DNA of 64,000 nt from Octopus vulgaris (Eukaryota): contig OX597818.1 of assembly GCA_951406725.2 (NCBI GenBank), positions 99,448,001 to 99,512,000 on the forward strand. Reading direction: 5' to 3'. Positions 28,996 to 42,453 of this stretch are shown here, one piece after another (position 1 is the first letter of the stretch; every line of letters begins with the position of its first letter). Under the pieces are notes generated by a model. The model made no database searches. It was not told where the DNA came from and was given only the letters and a program-made list of their open reading frames with translations. Made by a program: the position numbers and the translations under genes.

Positions 28996-29407
28996 TACTC
29001 TTTTACTCTTTTACTTATTTCAGTCATTCGACTGCGGCCATGCTGGAGCACCGCCTTTAGTTGAGCAAATCGACCCCGGGACTTATTCTTTGTAAGCCCA
29101 GTACTTATTCTATTGGTTTCTTTTGCCGAACCGCTAAGTGACGGGGACGTAAACACACCAGCATCGGTTGTCAAACAATGCTAGGGGGACAAACACAGAC
29201 ACACAAACATATACACACACACTTATATATATATACATATATACGACAGGCTTCTTTCAGTTTCCGTCTACCAAATCCACTCACAAGGCATTGGTCGGCC
29301 CGGGGCTATAGCAGAAGACACTTGCCCAAGATGCCACGCAGTGGGACTGAACCCGGAACCATGTGGTTGGTTAGCAAGCTACTTACCACACAGTCACTCC
29401 TGCACCT
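28996..29407 (-). mobile_element. SINE family A, full length
   Basis: End-to-end match to other A copies; (GTAAAAGA)n tail. Confidence 0.92.
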
Positions 29408-30112
29408 ATATATATATATACCATATTTTAACGTGTATAAGGAACAGATTTTTGTCAAAGATTAGGTTAAGAAAACAAGGGAGTTTATTATACATGGATA
29501 GAATTATAATCCCTTACAAAGCATTTTTTCCATATTTTAAGCCCCCGAATTCGGGGGTTCCAAATACAGGTTAAAATACGGTATATCCCTCACATACAGA
29601 AAGCTATATCCATACCTAAACTACACCTAAACATATAGAATCAAACACACACCAAAACACATTCTCACATAGTTCTATGCGCTTATACTATACAGATATA
29701 AGCACAAACCTAACCTACACTCAGGCATGAACATTTCAGATGTGTCATGCACTCACATAGGCGCAATTTTAGGAAGTTACCTACATAATTACCCATGCTC
29801 CCTTTCTTTCTGACGCTACTCCAATAGTATTTGATATTCTGAGCAAAAAAAAAAAAAAAAAGAAAAAAACAAAATACTCTTTCCTGCTTCCCTACTTCTT
29901 AAAAAACTCTTCCTTTCTCTCTGTCTCTATCTCGTTTCCTCCTTATATTTGCTCTTCGTATTCTCTTTAATTTTTTTGCAGATGAAACACTAACGTCCGA
30001 GAAGTTACAAATATTCTTTTCCTCTTATTCTTTTGTTACACTACAATATTTATCATCGTGCTATTTATCTATTGTGTTTTGATGTTTTAACTACTTTTTG
30101 CCTTTCACTGTG

Positions 30113-30386
<274 letters not shown>

Positions 30387-30389
30387 CAA

Positions 30390-30622
30390 AAGGCGGCGAG
30401 CTGGCAGAAACGTTAGCACACCGGGCGAAATGCGTAGCCGTATTTCGTCTGCCGTTACGTTCTGAGTTCAAATTCCGCCGAGGTCGACTTTGCCTTTCAT
30501 CCTTTCGGGGGTCGATAAATTAAGTACCAGTTTCGCACTGGGGTCGATGTAATCGACTTAATCCCTTTGTCTGTCCTTGTTTGTCCCCTCTATGTTTAGC
30601 CCCTTGTGGGTAGTAAAGAAAT
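30390..30622 (+). mobile_element. SINE family B1, full length
   Basis: aaggcggcgagctggcagaaacgttagc...gagttcaaattcc (B-box-like)...gcctttcatcctttcgg...gtagtaaagaaata; near identical to 47502-47735. Confidence 0.92.
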
Positions 30623-30740
30623 ATATATATATATATATACGTTTATATATAAAGAAACATAACGCACCTGCGTTCGCATACATATGTTCTCATACAATAA
30701 CTTTCCAGATAAATCATCCTAGAAAAAGACACCAACGTGG

Positions 30741-30776
<36 letters not shown>

Positions 30777-30789
30777 ACATGTATATATC

Positions 30790-31016
30790 TATGTGTGTGT
30801 AGCTTTCTGTCTGTGTTTGTCCTCCACCACCGCTTGACGCGCGGTGACGGTGAGTTCCGTCGCCGTAACTTAGCTGTTCGCCAAAAGAATATAATAAGTA
30901 CTAGGCTTAGAAGTTATAGGTCCTGGGGTTGATGTGTTCGACTAAAACTCTTCAAGACGGTGCTCCAGCATGGCTGTAGTGAAATGAATGAAACAAGTAA
31001 AATAATAAAAGAATAA
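30790..31016 (+). mobile_element. SINE family A, diverged 3' half
   Basis: gtgtttgtcc...taagtactaggctt...gtgctccagcatggc...gaaacaagtaaaa. Confidence 0.75.
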
Positions 31017-31550
31017 ATAGGGAAAATCGTACACACACAACACACACACACATGCACATGCACATACACACACACGCATACACCATCGCAAGCTAATGCG
31101 TGCACGCACACAAAACTAAAGGTGAGATGAATGTAAGAGCGATAACTGCATTTTGTACCATTTATTGGAATTCTTTGTTGTTGATTACTTGCTGGGAACG
31201 TAAGATTTAAAAGTGAAGAATTCCCTGGGAAAGATTTAATAACGAGAAATTAAGGAGATAAACAGTGGTATCTAAGTAACAAAACTATCGTTTGTTACTA
31301 AGGAATGGTGATAGTATCGATAAATTAGCAGCTTCAAAAAGCAAACGCCATACATACGTTCCCACACAATTTGTTTTATTCTTATGCTTTTAACTTGTTT
31401 TCTGTTGTCTTAAATCCTCTTGTGATTGCCTTCTGTTCATTTTGTATCATTTTACTGTTTAACAAATCGTAGACTCATCAAGTAAATGGGAAATACTCAG
31501 GTGGTTAGAATCGTTAAACTATCAACTAAAAGAGAATGATGAAACAATTA

Positions 31551-31766
31551 TTTTACTCTTTTACTCTTTTACTTGTTTCTGTCATTTGACTGTGGCCATT
31601 CTGGGGCACTGCCTTTTAGTCGAGCATATCGACCCCAGGACTTATTCTTTGTAAGCCTAGTACTTATTTTATCGGGTTTCTTTTGCATAACCACTAAGTT
31701 ACGGGGATCTAAACTCACCAGCATCGGTTGTCAAGCGATGTTGGGGGGACAAACACAAACACACAA

Positions 31767-31839
<73 letters not shown>

Positions 31840-32013
31840 CATACATATATTCGACAGGCTTCTTTCAGATTCTGTCTACCAAATCCACTCACAAGGCTTT
31901 GGTCGGCCCGAGTCTATAGTAGAAGACACTTGCCCAAGGTGCTACGCAGTGACTCAACCCGGAACCATGTGGTTGGTAAGCAAGCTACTTACCACACAGC
32001 CACTCCTTCGCCT
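31551..32013 (-). mobile_element. SINE family A, full length, with expanded internal (CA)n
   Basis: End-to-end match to other A copies. Confidence 0.9.
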
Positions 32014-34561
32014 GTGTTTATTTTCTTTTAAGAGGGTTGCTGTGTACCGTGTTTTACTCCTTCATTGAATTTGTGACAGATTGTCTAGTTGAGAGAAGTA
32101 GACGGCATATGTTCTGGAAATGTAATACTTTAGCCACGTATTCAGAAGCACATTCAACACATATCCATGTAAAATCCAAGAATCCGAAACTAAATACCAG
32201 CTATATAACAGGACTTGAAATGGTGCGTTGTGATGACTCTACAATTGTGGAGATGTCACCATCGTTATCGGTCATCATCTACCATTATTAAGCTCCCAAC
32301 TAATTTTATTGAACACATTAATTTGGCTTATAATTGATCCTTATTTTATTTAATTTTATTTAAAAAGTATGGGTGGCACTTTCACACATCAACCAAAGCC
32401 ATAACTTCTTTAGTTTCCAAATCCTCTTATAATATAGAAACATAAACCAAAATGTATTTGTATCGTACCTCAGACTTCACATTTCGTTTAAGATGGATTC
32501 ATCTTAGCTTTTTTGATGTTATTTTGGCCAACCTTCATCAAAGATACTATCATCTGATAACAGATGATCGAATAACTGAATGTGACCTATAAATATATTG
32601 CTCCAGTTACACCTTGCTTTCCCCAGCTTGAAAACTACACTTTCGCATGCGCTGATTTATCGCAAACGAATTCAAAGTAAACGTCTAAATATGCTGCATT
32701 TGTCTCCATAGTCAAATTTATTTCTATTAAATCTATGGGATCTGGTAGTTGTAGGATGCAAGTAAGTGGGGTCTATCAGAGCAAGACAGATATTCTTCTT
32801 CTACGCTTATCTCTGGTGACATGTAAACCGATACATTGATTCGTACATCATTAGATTCAATAAGATATTTTGAACCCTATTTGCTCCGTTGGACACTTTG
32901 TTGTGGAGATCTTGCGGCTGAGACAGTGAAGGCTTAATTCACGATGGATCAATATATATTATTTGAATACATACAAAATGATTTATATTTGACAGCGAAA
33001 ACAATGTGAGCTCTCTTTTTGCTTCAATGCATCATCTTGTTTCCTTTACTATGTCTTTACTATGAGCTGTTAATGATATTATTTCTAGTATTTGTGTCCA
33101 CTGTTTATGTGATACATTTATATTGCACAGTGTTCTGGTCGGTTATGTTTGATTTCGTTTATATGGCTAGTAAGAACAGAGATGCTTTGTTTGGTTAATA
33201 TTGCTTTTATGTTTTTTTTTAAGCCAGGTTTCCTGATGCTTGATGTAAATCTGAAGTAGATGTTCAGCTATTGTTATAGAGGGTAAAATTGATAACAAAA
33301 GTGTATGAAAAACAGCATATACTTTGCATGGGAAAAACAGCATATACTTTGGTGGGAAGGTTCTGAAAGTATAAATGAAAAATGAAAAAAGAGAGGTTGA
33401 GAAAACAGATCCTAGTGGTCCTTCATTGGAAGAATTGTATATTCTAGACGCGTTATTAAATTTTACACAGGCTTAACGCACCGAGGAAGGTGTTTAGGAT
33501 TTTATTTATAAGTAAGCAGCGAGAAATGAAGTGGAAAATTGTTGACGTCAATGGTACGTGGATCTCAATCTTTTGTTGTTGAAGCCAATATGTATTGTGG
33601 GTAGTGTGCTGATTGCAAGTTAGAAAAAGAATGCATGGGTTGTTAATATCAAAAATGTGTCTTTTATTGGGGTTTTGAAAGAGTGAATAGGAATGAAATG
33701 GGGTTTATTTGATATTGCTCCGGTTGGGATTTTGATAAAGTTTTGAATAAAAATTTTGAAGAGGAAGCCGAATAATTTATTGAATACAGATCTTGGATAT
33801 TTCTACATTTTCTTATCTCATGAAAAGAAGGGATCTTAAACATAGTAGGGTTTGCTTGCTGTTGCAATGTGTGTAAATGACGTGAAATTGTTATCGCGAC
33901 TCGTTACTTGCTGAAGCCATTTTAAGAGTTATTGATGGTGTTAATTACTTTGTATAATTATGCATGTCTTCATGCATGTTCTGCGATACACAACCGAGAA
34001 TATGTTTATCAGTTTTTCTGTTTTTTTTTGTTGGATTATCTATTTTTTTAATTATTATTTCCTTGTTAATTTGTTTGAAGCTGAATAACATCTTCGTTTG
34101 CATGATTTGCTTCGGGTGTTCCTAACAGTATAATGAATAAACACACAGAAATAATAATAAATATGCCAATCAATGATACCCGCGACACAACAGTCCACAC
34201 AGACAAACTCACTCGCTCGCATATGCGATCAGTCGCTTGCAAAAAGGCACATACTTTCATCCAGGTTATTTCACCATTTCACATCCTCATTTTTAGATAT
34301 TTTATCTAGGCTCTAATATCGCGTCAAGAGAAAGACATAACGATGGAGGGGTACTGATGTTGTGGAATTCATCTCTTAACCTAGATCCCAAGTACTTAAA
34401 TAGCATTTAAATATACTCAACATTTTCCTACAACGAGAAGTTTTCAGATATTTATATATCATCTCAGGCACAACATATTTCAATTTAAACATATATAACA
34501 GTGGTATATATGTATGTATGTATATGCATGAATGTATGTATGTATATATTTATGTATATAC

Positions 34562-34618
<57 letters not shown>

Positions 34619-34746
34619 CATATATAATCAGACAAGTAGAATCTATAGAAGGTGAACTAAACTCTCTTTATCTATCTGTAAATTTACCTTTCTATTATAT
34701 ACATACATACGTACATAAATACATGCAGACGCACACACACAAACAT

Positions 34747-34787
<41 letters not shown>

Positions 34788-35329
34788 CATATACACACAT
34801 ACAAATACACACACACATATATATGTACAAACATATACATACATACATATGTATATATATAATACGCATTGCTATATATATTTTCTTACATGTTTACCAC
34901 TGTTGATTATGTTTCTATCTGTTTTGGTGAATAAATAAACAGCAAACAAAGCCAGGAATTAAATTATCGTATAAATTGCTCACAGCTAAATTGCTAGATA
35001 TAACCTTATAGAATGGTTTTCCGTTGGTGGAAGAAGAGTAGCACAAACACACACACACACACATACGCACACACACACACACACACACACATACACACAC
35101 ACACAGACACACAAACACACACATACGCACACAGACACACGCACACACACATACGCACACACACACACGCACGCAGACACACATATGTAAACTAAAAGTA
35201 TGTTTATATAATAAATAAATCTAAAAGTTTATATATTAACACGTATATATATATATATGTATACATATATAAATATACATACATACATACATACATACAC
35301 ACACATACATATATATTTATATGCACATG

Positions 35330-35411
<82 letters not shown>

Positions 35412-36175
35412 TATATTTATAACGAAGGCCTCGTGTTCATGTACCACTTGCAACAGCATATATAGATTTCTACCATCTTAATTAACAAATCGAATTTGCC
35501 ATACATTTGTTGAGATCCATTCCGAAATGCTTTTAGTAGTTTCTGAATTTCAAGAATAAATAAAGGTTACATTAATTCTAAAAAGAAATTCCATCTGTCT
35601 GCTTTCTGGTACGTTTATATACTTCAGCGTTGTTCTTTACTGCCTGCTTCTCATACAAATAAGTATATGAATCTTCTATCTTAAAGCGTTAGGTATATTT
35701 AGAAATATCACGCGCGTTTAATCACAAACAGGTATACAAACATACAAGCGGAGAGAAAAATTGTATGGGTAAATGAGAGAGAGAGAAAGAGAGAGTGGGA
35801 GGGATAGGAATTGAGGGGGGGTGAGAGGCAGGAAGCACCAAATATAATCATACATACACATACAGGCTCTCATACACACATATATAGACATGTTGCTGTG
35901 TGTATGCGTGTGTGACGGTATACGTGAGTGCGTGTATATGTGTCTGTACACACGCACTCATGGATGTGTGTATATGTATAAACAGACACATGCATGCATA
36001 CACACAGTGTAAAATTTCTTAAGCTCGTATGCCACTGGGAGAAGAGTCTCCGACGTTTCGTACTGAGTCATTCTTCTGGAAGCAGAAGTGCTTTTTGATG
36101 TTTTGATGCTCAGCGTATGATAGCGTGGACTTTGTCCCCGCCATTATAGAATATATATATATATATATATTTAAC

Positions 36176-36713
36176 AAGTTATCGGTAAACGTTTTTGATT
36201 TTCACTCTCGATAAATTCATCCCCTTTTTGTGTTCCCAGCACTCGGTATCTTTATTTAGGAGCCCTTAATTGTATAACTACATGAATAATATTTTTCTAT
36301 ATGAATAATATTTTTGTCTTATGACTAATTCGTCTTTTGTGCTGGGCACCTGGTAGTAAATAATATTACTACCCTTCTTGTTTATATTCGCATACCACAT
36401 GATGGATTTATTCGTAAAATTCTTCCCGGCATGCCCGTGTAAATTTTGCGTCTGCGCAGAGATTTGAAAAGTTAGGATCTGCTAGTAGTCGGGTTCAACA
36501 CATAGTCCCACATCGCTGCAGACCTCGATTAAATTTAGGCGACTCGCTGATGAAGCTGGCCTTAGCAAACATATTCTGTGTTTTGCTAGAAAGAAGCAGA
36601 AACCGCGGTACGAGTTGTTAAAGTTATCGGTAAACGTTTTTGATTTTCACTCTCGATAAATTCATCCCCTTTTTGTGTTCCCAGCACTCGGCATCTTTAT
36701 TTAGGAGCCCTTA

Positions 36714-36721
<8 letters not shown>
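36176..36721 (+). mobile_element. Retrozyme-like / Penelope-derived non-autonomous element: 445-bp unit plus 101-bp terminal redundancy, in (TA)n
   Basis: 36176-36276 equals 36621-36721 with one mismatch; a hammerhead lies immediately before the second copy; (TA)n on both sides; no ORF. Confidence 0.7.
36541..36616 (+). ncRNA. Type I hammerhead ribozyme motif
   Basis: GACUCG-CUGAUGA-A-GCU...(UAGCAAA/UUUGCUA hairpin)...AGC-A-GAAAC-CGCG-GUA-CGAGUU; palindromic stem III ACCGCGGU; predicted cut after 36610. Confidence 0.8.
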
Positions 36722-36781
<60 letters not shown>

Positions 36782-36794
36782 CATAATATATACA

Positions 36795-36826
<32 letters not shown>

Positions 36827-36939
36827 CGTATATATATATGTATATATATATATATATGTATATATATGTATGCTTGCATGTGTAGATATATATCTATGTA
36901 TATATATATTTATTTTTAAAATTTAAAAAATTTTTGTTT

Positions 36940-37302
36940 TTTTACTTGTTTCAGTCATTTGACTGCGGCCATGCTAGACACCGCCTTTAGTCGAGCAAAT
37001 CGACCCCGGGACTTATTCTTTGTAAGCCCAGTACTTATTCTATCGGTCTCTTTTGCCGAACCGCTAAGTGACGGGGACGTAAACACACCAGCATCGGTGG
37101 GGACAAACACAGACACACAAACATACATATACATATATACGACAGGTTTCTTTCAGTTTCCGTCTACCAAATCCACTCACAAGGCATTGGTCAGCCCGGG
37201 GTTATAGCAGAAGACACTTGCCCAAGATGCCACGCAGTGGGACTGAACCCGGAACCATGTGGTTGGTTAGCAAGCTACTTACCACACAGCCACTCCTGCG
37301 CC
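36940..37302 (-). mobile_element. SINE family A, full length
   Basis: End-to-end match; small internal deletion. Confidence 0.92.
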
Positions 37303-37438
37303 TATATATATATATATGTATATATATTTACATGTGTGTGTGTATATATATATGTATATATATTTACATGTGTATATATATATGCATGTATATGTGTATG
37401 TACATGTATTTGTATATATTCATATATATTTATGCATT

Positions 37439-37533
<95 letters not shown>

Positions 37534-37794
37534 TTGTCTATCTATCTTTCTCTCTTTCTGTATGCTTGTATAATAGTACCAATTAATCTCAAATTCCCGC
37601 TAGGTAAGATACAACTCAAACTTGGTGTCGAAATTCAATAGAAAGCTACGTTGCTTAGAACGGCAACAATCACATGAAGGGTCTCAAAGATCTGAGGCCG
37701 CCGGAGGCAGCTTGCTCACAAGGTTTAATTTTTCTATTTCAATACTCTCAAACCAAGTTAATTTGGTTATAACAACTGTAGTGATAATAATAAT

Positions 37795-38530
37795 TGTTTC
37801 AAATTTCGGTTAAAGACTAGCAGTTCCAGTAGAGGGGGTTCGTTAGTTGCATTAGGCTCTCTACTTGAGTGATACTTATTTTATCCGCGGTATTTGAATT
37901 TAGAACTCAAAGAGCCGGCAGAAATGCCGCAAAGCATTTTGTTCGACACACAAAGGAATCTCCCAGCTCACCGCCTGAATGATAATGACGATGTTTTCAA
38001 TATAGGTTTAAAACCTGAATGTTTGGTGGAGGGAACTAGTCAAATACATCGACCCCCTGGCCTCTACTGGTACTTATTTCATCGATCCCAAAAAGGATGA
38101 AAGGCTAACGATTCTGCTTGCTCACTACCTTAATAAGAATAATTTTAGAAGGGGACCAGCACAATCGACTACATCAACCCCAGTACTCAACTGCGACATT
38201 TTACCGATCAAGAAGGGATGAAAGGCAAAGTCAATCTCGCAGAATTTGAACTCCGAATCCAAAGACAGGCGAAATGCCGCTGAGCATTTGGTCCAACTCA
38301 CTAAAGATTCTACCAGTTTGCTGGGTTAATAATGTCTTCTGCTTTAGGTATAAAACCTGAAATTTTGTGGGAGGGGGCTAGTTGATTGCATCGACCCCAG
38401 TTTTCAACTGGTACTTATTCTATTGACCTCGAAAGGATGAAAGACAAAGTCGAATTCGAACGCAGAATGTGAAGACGGATAAAAAAAAAAAACTGCTAAG
38501 TATTTTGCCCGGCGTTCTGTTTTGCCAGCT
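37795..38530 (-). mobile_element. Head-to-tail stack of about four diverged B2 SINEs
   Basis: Recurrent motifs tacttattt.atc, aaggatgaaaggc and gaatttgaac; units start near 37795, 37990, 38150 and 38335. Confidence 0.7.
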
Positions 38531-39132
38531 CATGATGACCATGATGATGATGATGATGACCATGATGATGCAAATAATAAAAATGACAATAAAGATATAT
38601 AATCAACAACTATTAACTCCCCTGTCCGTCCTAGACAGGTCGCAAGACAGTCAAAAAACTAAATTCAATTCGCATCGAAATGAACGAGAGTGTGTTGAAT
38701 AATATTTTCGTTTACTACAATATATACAGCAAACAGAAGCGTAGATTGCCGTAAAATCTCATTATCACAATAAATTTGTCTACCACACTCTCATAGTCAA
38801 ACATCATTTCGCCTCTTTTCCTGTTGTTTTGGGACTAAATTTCCTATTTCTATAACAAGCTAGTAAGCTAAAAACCAGAAGAATCTATCTTCCACTGAAC
38901 GTTCTTGTTCCTGACACACTGGAGAACAAGCGCTGCAAGAGTGACACATCAGATACATCGGGAAACATTGAAAAGCGTATATTTATTACTCTTGTGTGAA
39001 ATGAATAAATATTGATTTCTTTTCTCAAATAAATATTTACTGACAGATTGATATGTATGTGAAAAGGTATACATATAAACATACATAATACATATACATA
39101 TATATACATACATACATACATACATACATACA

Positions 39133-39167
<35 letters not shown>

Positions 39168-39200
39168 GCATATATATACATACATATATACATATATGTA

Positions 39201-39234
<34 letters not shown>

Positions 39235-39714
39235 ACTGTGTGCTTGTGTGTGCCTCTGTTTGCATGTGCGTATCTTTGTGTTTTTACGAGTGTGCGTGTG
39301 TAATTGAATATAAATTGGAGTAGAGAGATGTTGATTTTACAATCTCGTTGTGTTTGGCGTGAAGCTTCGAGAAAGGCACGGTTTGTATCCGCTGTTTTGT
39401 ATTCACGTTATTGGAGTTTTAGTATTTTCAGCTTGGAAGTTCACTGTTGATCATTCGATTCAATCCAAAGACAATCTTGTTTATACTATCTCATCCATTA
39501 TAAACATTTATCTTTGGTTAAAAGTTTGTGTGTAGCAAATGATTGTTTGTTAAAAGACAGAAAAGGAGAGGGTTAAGCTATCGCTTACCTTCTTGACATT
39601 GACTTCGGTTTCTATTCTATACGAACAGATACAAATCATCCAATATACAGGAGAAACGCATACACAAACAATCAAGCTGAACAAACAGCCTGCACAGACG
39701 TGTGTAAATACTAC

Positions 39715-39768
<54 letters not shown>

Positions 39769-40619
39769 AAAACACATATATATATACATACATATATATA
39801 TATAATATATATATATATACACATGTATATATATATATGCATATATATATATGCATATATATATGTATATATATATACATATATATGTATATGAATATAT
39901 ATATATGTATGTATCATACATACATACATACATACATACATACACACAGACACACACATATATATATACACATCCACACATTATGTATATATATATAGCC
40001 AGACACATATGTGTATATATATATATATGCGTGTGTTTGTGTGTGTATGAGTAACTTTGCTTTGTTAAGTTGTTCAATTCTATCGTTTCAGGTGTTTTTG
40101 TATGAAAACGATTTCTCTCTGTCACGTAGACGGGAGGAAACAAGCGCTCTGGTCAACAAAGGTGAGAAATTCTTTGTGAACACTTTAATTTCACTTGTGT
40201 TATTCATAGCGTTCATTTTGCTTGCAGCCTCACAAGTTTCTAAAGTAAACCATGGTAGGAGTTGTAATGTGTGTTATCGTCTCGGAGGAAAGTAATCCTG
40301 CGATACAAATAAGCATTTTCAGCCGAAACGGTTTCAATCTCAGCTTAGTTTCACATCTAAATATTTCAACAGTCTGTATGAATGATGCTTTTTTTCCAGA
40401 AGTGAGTTTGCCGTGAAATTCCGGTGTAGAAGCTACTGCTCCAGGAAATATGACAATCTAAATTCCATTTTCTGTTGCATAGATTGTAATTCAACATCAT
40501 AACATCCCAAATTTAGTATTCCTAGCACCCCACCCCAGCTCCGCGGAAAATGAAGCACATTCTTATCACCCCTGATGACGCGAGCGTGAAGTTCAAATAT
40601 GTAGATGTGGGTGTCAGGT

Positions 40620-40662
<43 letters not shown>

Positions 40663-40695
40663 CATTATTAAATCTCAGAATGAGATTGAAACGGT

Positions 40696-40867
40696 AAGTA
40701 TAGAAGCCATCATAACATGGCTAACCACATAGGGGAGGGGGTGTTACTGTAGCTTTATAGCCCCAATAGATCGTCGTCTCCAGTTGGCTTTAGACGATCT
40801 CTTGGGGCTATAAAGCTACAGTAACACCCCTCCCCTATGTGGTTAGCCATGTTATGATGGCTTCTGT

Positions 40868-40871
<4 letters not shown>
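40696..40871. repeat. Near-perfect foldback, ~80 bp arms with 17 nt loop, between (TA)n tracts
   Basis: 40696-40775 is the reverse complement of 40793-40871 with about three differences. Confidence 0.92.
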
Positions 40872-40908
<37 letters not shown>

Positions 40909-40993
40909 TGCATGTATATATATCTATATATACACACACGCAATCTCACGTATATATATACATGTATACATGTGCGTGTATGCGTGAGATTGC

Positions 40994-41024
<31 letters not shown>

Positions 41025-41072
41025 CATGCAAATATGCATATGCATACATACATGTACACTCACATACGCACA

Positions 41073-41495
41073 CAGGAGTGACTCTGTGGTAAGTAGCTTG
41101 CTTAGGAACTACATGGTTTCGGGTTCAATCCCACTGCATGGCACCTTGGGCAAGTCTCTTCCATTATAGCATCGGGCCGACCAAAGCCTTGTGAGTGGAT
41201 TTGGTAGACGGAAACTGAAAGAAGCCCGTCGTATATATGTATATATTTATATATGTGTGTGTGTGTGTGTGTACGTATGTTTGTGTGTCTGTGTTTGTCC
41301 CCCAGCATTGCTAGACAACCGATGCTGGTGTGTTTACGACCCCGTAACATTAGCGGTTCGGCAAAAGAGACCGATAGAATAAGTACTAGGCTTACAAAGA
41401 ATAAGTCCTGTGGTCGATTTGCTCGATCTGTTAAAGGCGGTGCTCCTGTATGGCCGCAGTCAAATGACTGAAACAAGTAGAAGAGTAAACGAGTA
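41073..41495 (+). mobile_element. SINE family A, full length
   Basis: caggagtgactctgtggtaagtagcttgc...gggttcaatccc...gaaacaagtagaagagtaa. Confidence 0.92.
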
Positions 41496-41770
41496 TATGT
41501 ATCTGCGCATACATTCAGACACCACAACCTATCTGATATGTAGTTCTCTGCTCTTTAGCATGACCAATACTTTCAGAATATGACGGTTAGGTAGACATGG
41601 TCGTCCACAGCTAAATTTCCACACTATAAATATACCAAAAGACCTATGACTGTAAACCAACCGATCGCATTCGGAAGGTCGGTGAACCTCCTCATCGAAT
41701 CAACCAACCGTATTTGGTCGCAAAGATAAGCGAACTAAAAAAAAAAAAAAATTACTCTTTTACTCTTTTA

Positions 41771-42162
41771 CTTGTTTCAGTCATTTGTCTGCAGCCATGC
41801 TGGAGCACCGCCTTTAGTCGAGCAAATCGACCCCAGGACTTATTCTTTGTAAGCCTAGTACCTATTCTATCGGTTTCTTTTTCCGAACCGCTAAGTTACG
41901 GTGACGTAAACACACCAGCATCGGTTGTCAAGCGATATTGGCGGGGGGGGGGGTCAAACACAGATAACAAACACACAAACACACATATATATATATATAT
42001 ACACATACATATACACGACGGGCTTCTTCCAGTTTCTTTCTACCAAGTCCACTCACAAGGCTATAGTAGAAGACACTTGCCCAAGGTGCCACCCAGTGGG
42101 ACTAAACCTAGAACCATGTGGTTGGTAAGCAAGCCACTTACCACACAACTACTCCTACGCCT
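41771..42162 (-). mobile_element. SINE family A, full length
   Basis: End-to-end match; inverted relative to 41073-41495. Confidence 0.9.
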
Positions 42163-42362
42163 GTTTGTAGAAAATAATCTCTACACTATACCCTCGTTCA
42201 ACAGCCAAAGGTGATTTGAAGCATAAAATATAAATATAAGGGAAATAAGATGTGCGCTACAGAAATTCTCGCCATTCTAAGTTTCTAGAGCGAGATACAA
42301 GACTAAAAAAATATAAAGAACCTGAAAATGAAGAAAAATAAAGAATAAAATGATTGACTTAC

Positions 42363-42453
42363 TTTTATGCAGTGTCGACGCCTCAGCCCCTTGGTCCCAA
42401 AAGTGTAAGGCGGAGACAAGCAGAAGATACGGAAAAATCTTCAGGGGGCACAT
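42363..42453 (-). CDS. Probable first coding exon (exon 42363-42462) of a secreted or membrane protein; signal peptide MCPLKIFPYLLLVSALHFWDQGAEA|STLHK
   Basis: Strong acceptor tttttatatttcaacag, ATG at 42453, GC-richer unique sequence, hydrophobic core with an A-X-A cleavage motif, consensus donor AA|gtaagt (phase 1). Product not recognised. Confidence 0.65.

Noticed and set aside
29542-29557. Perfect 16-bp palindrome cccccgaattcggggg
   Set aside because: Isolated and short, with no associated structure.
34060-34260. Possible two minus-strand exons around a ~90 nt intron
   Set aside because: No good upstream acceptor in an open frame; peptides unrecognisable.
36048-36082. Minus-strand CAGAAGA...GAAAC-GUC minimal hammerhead-like motif
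   Set aside because: Core U4 mutated and stem II barely pairs; at best a dead relic.
40566-40620. CUGAUGA-CGC-GA-GCG-UGAAG
   Set aside because: GAAA core and stem III are missing.
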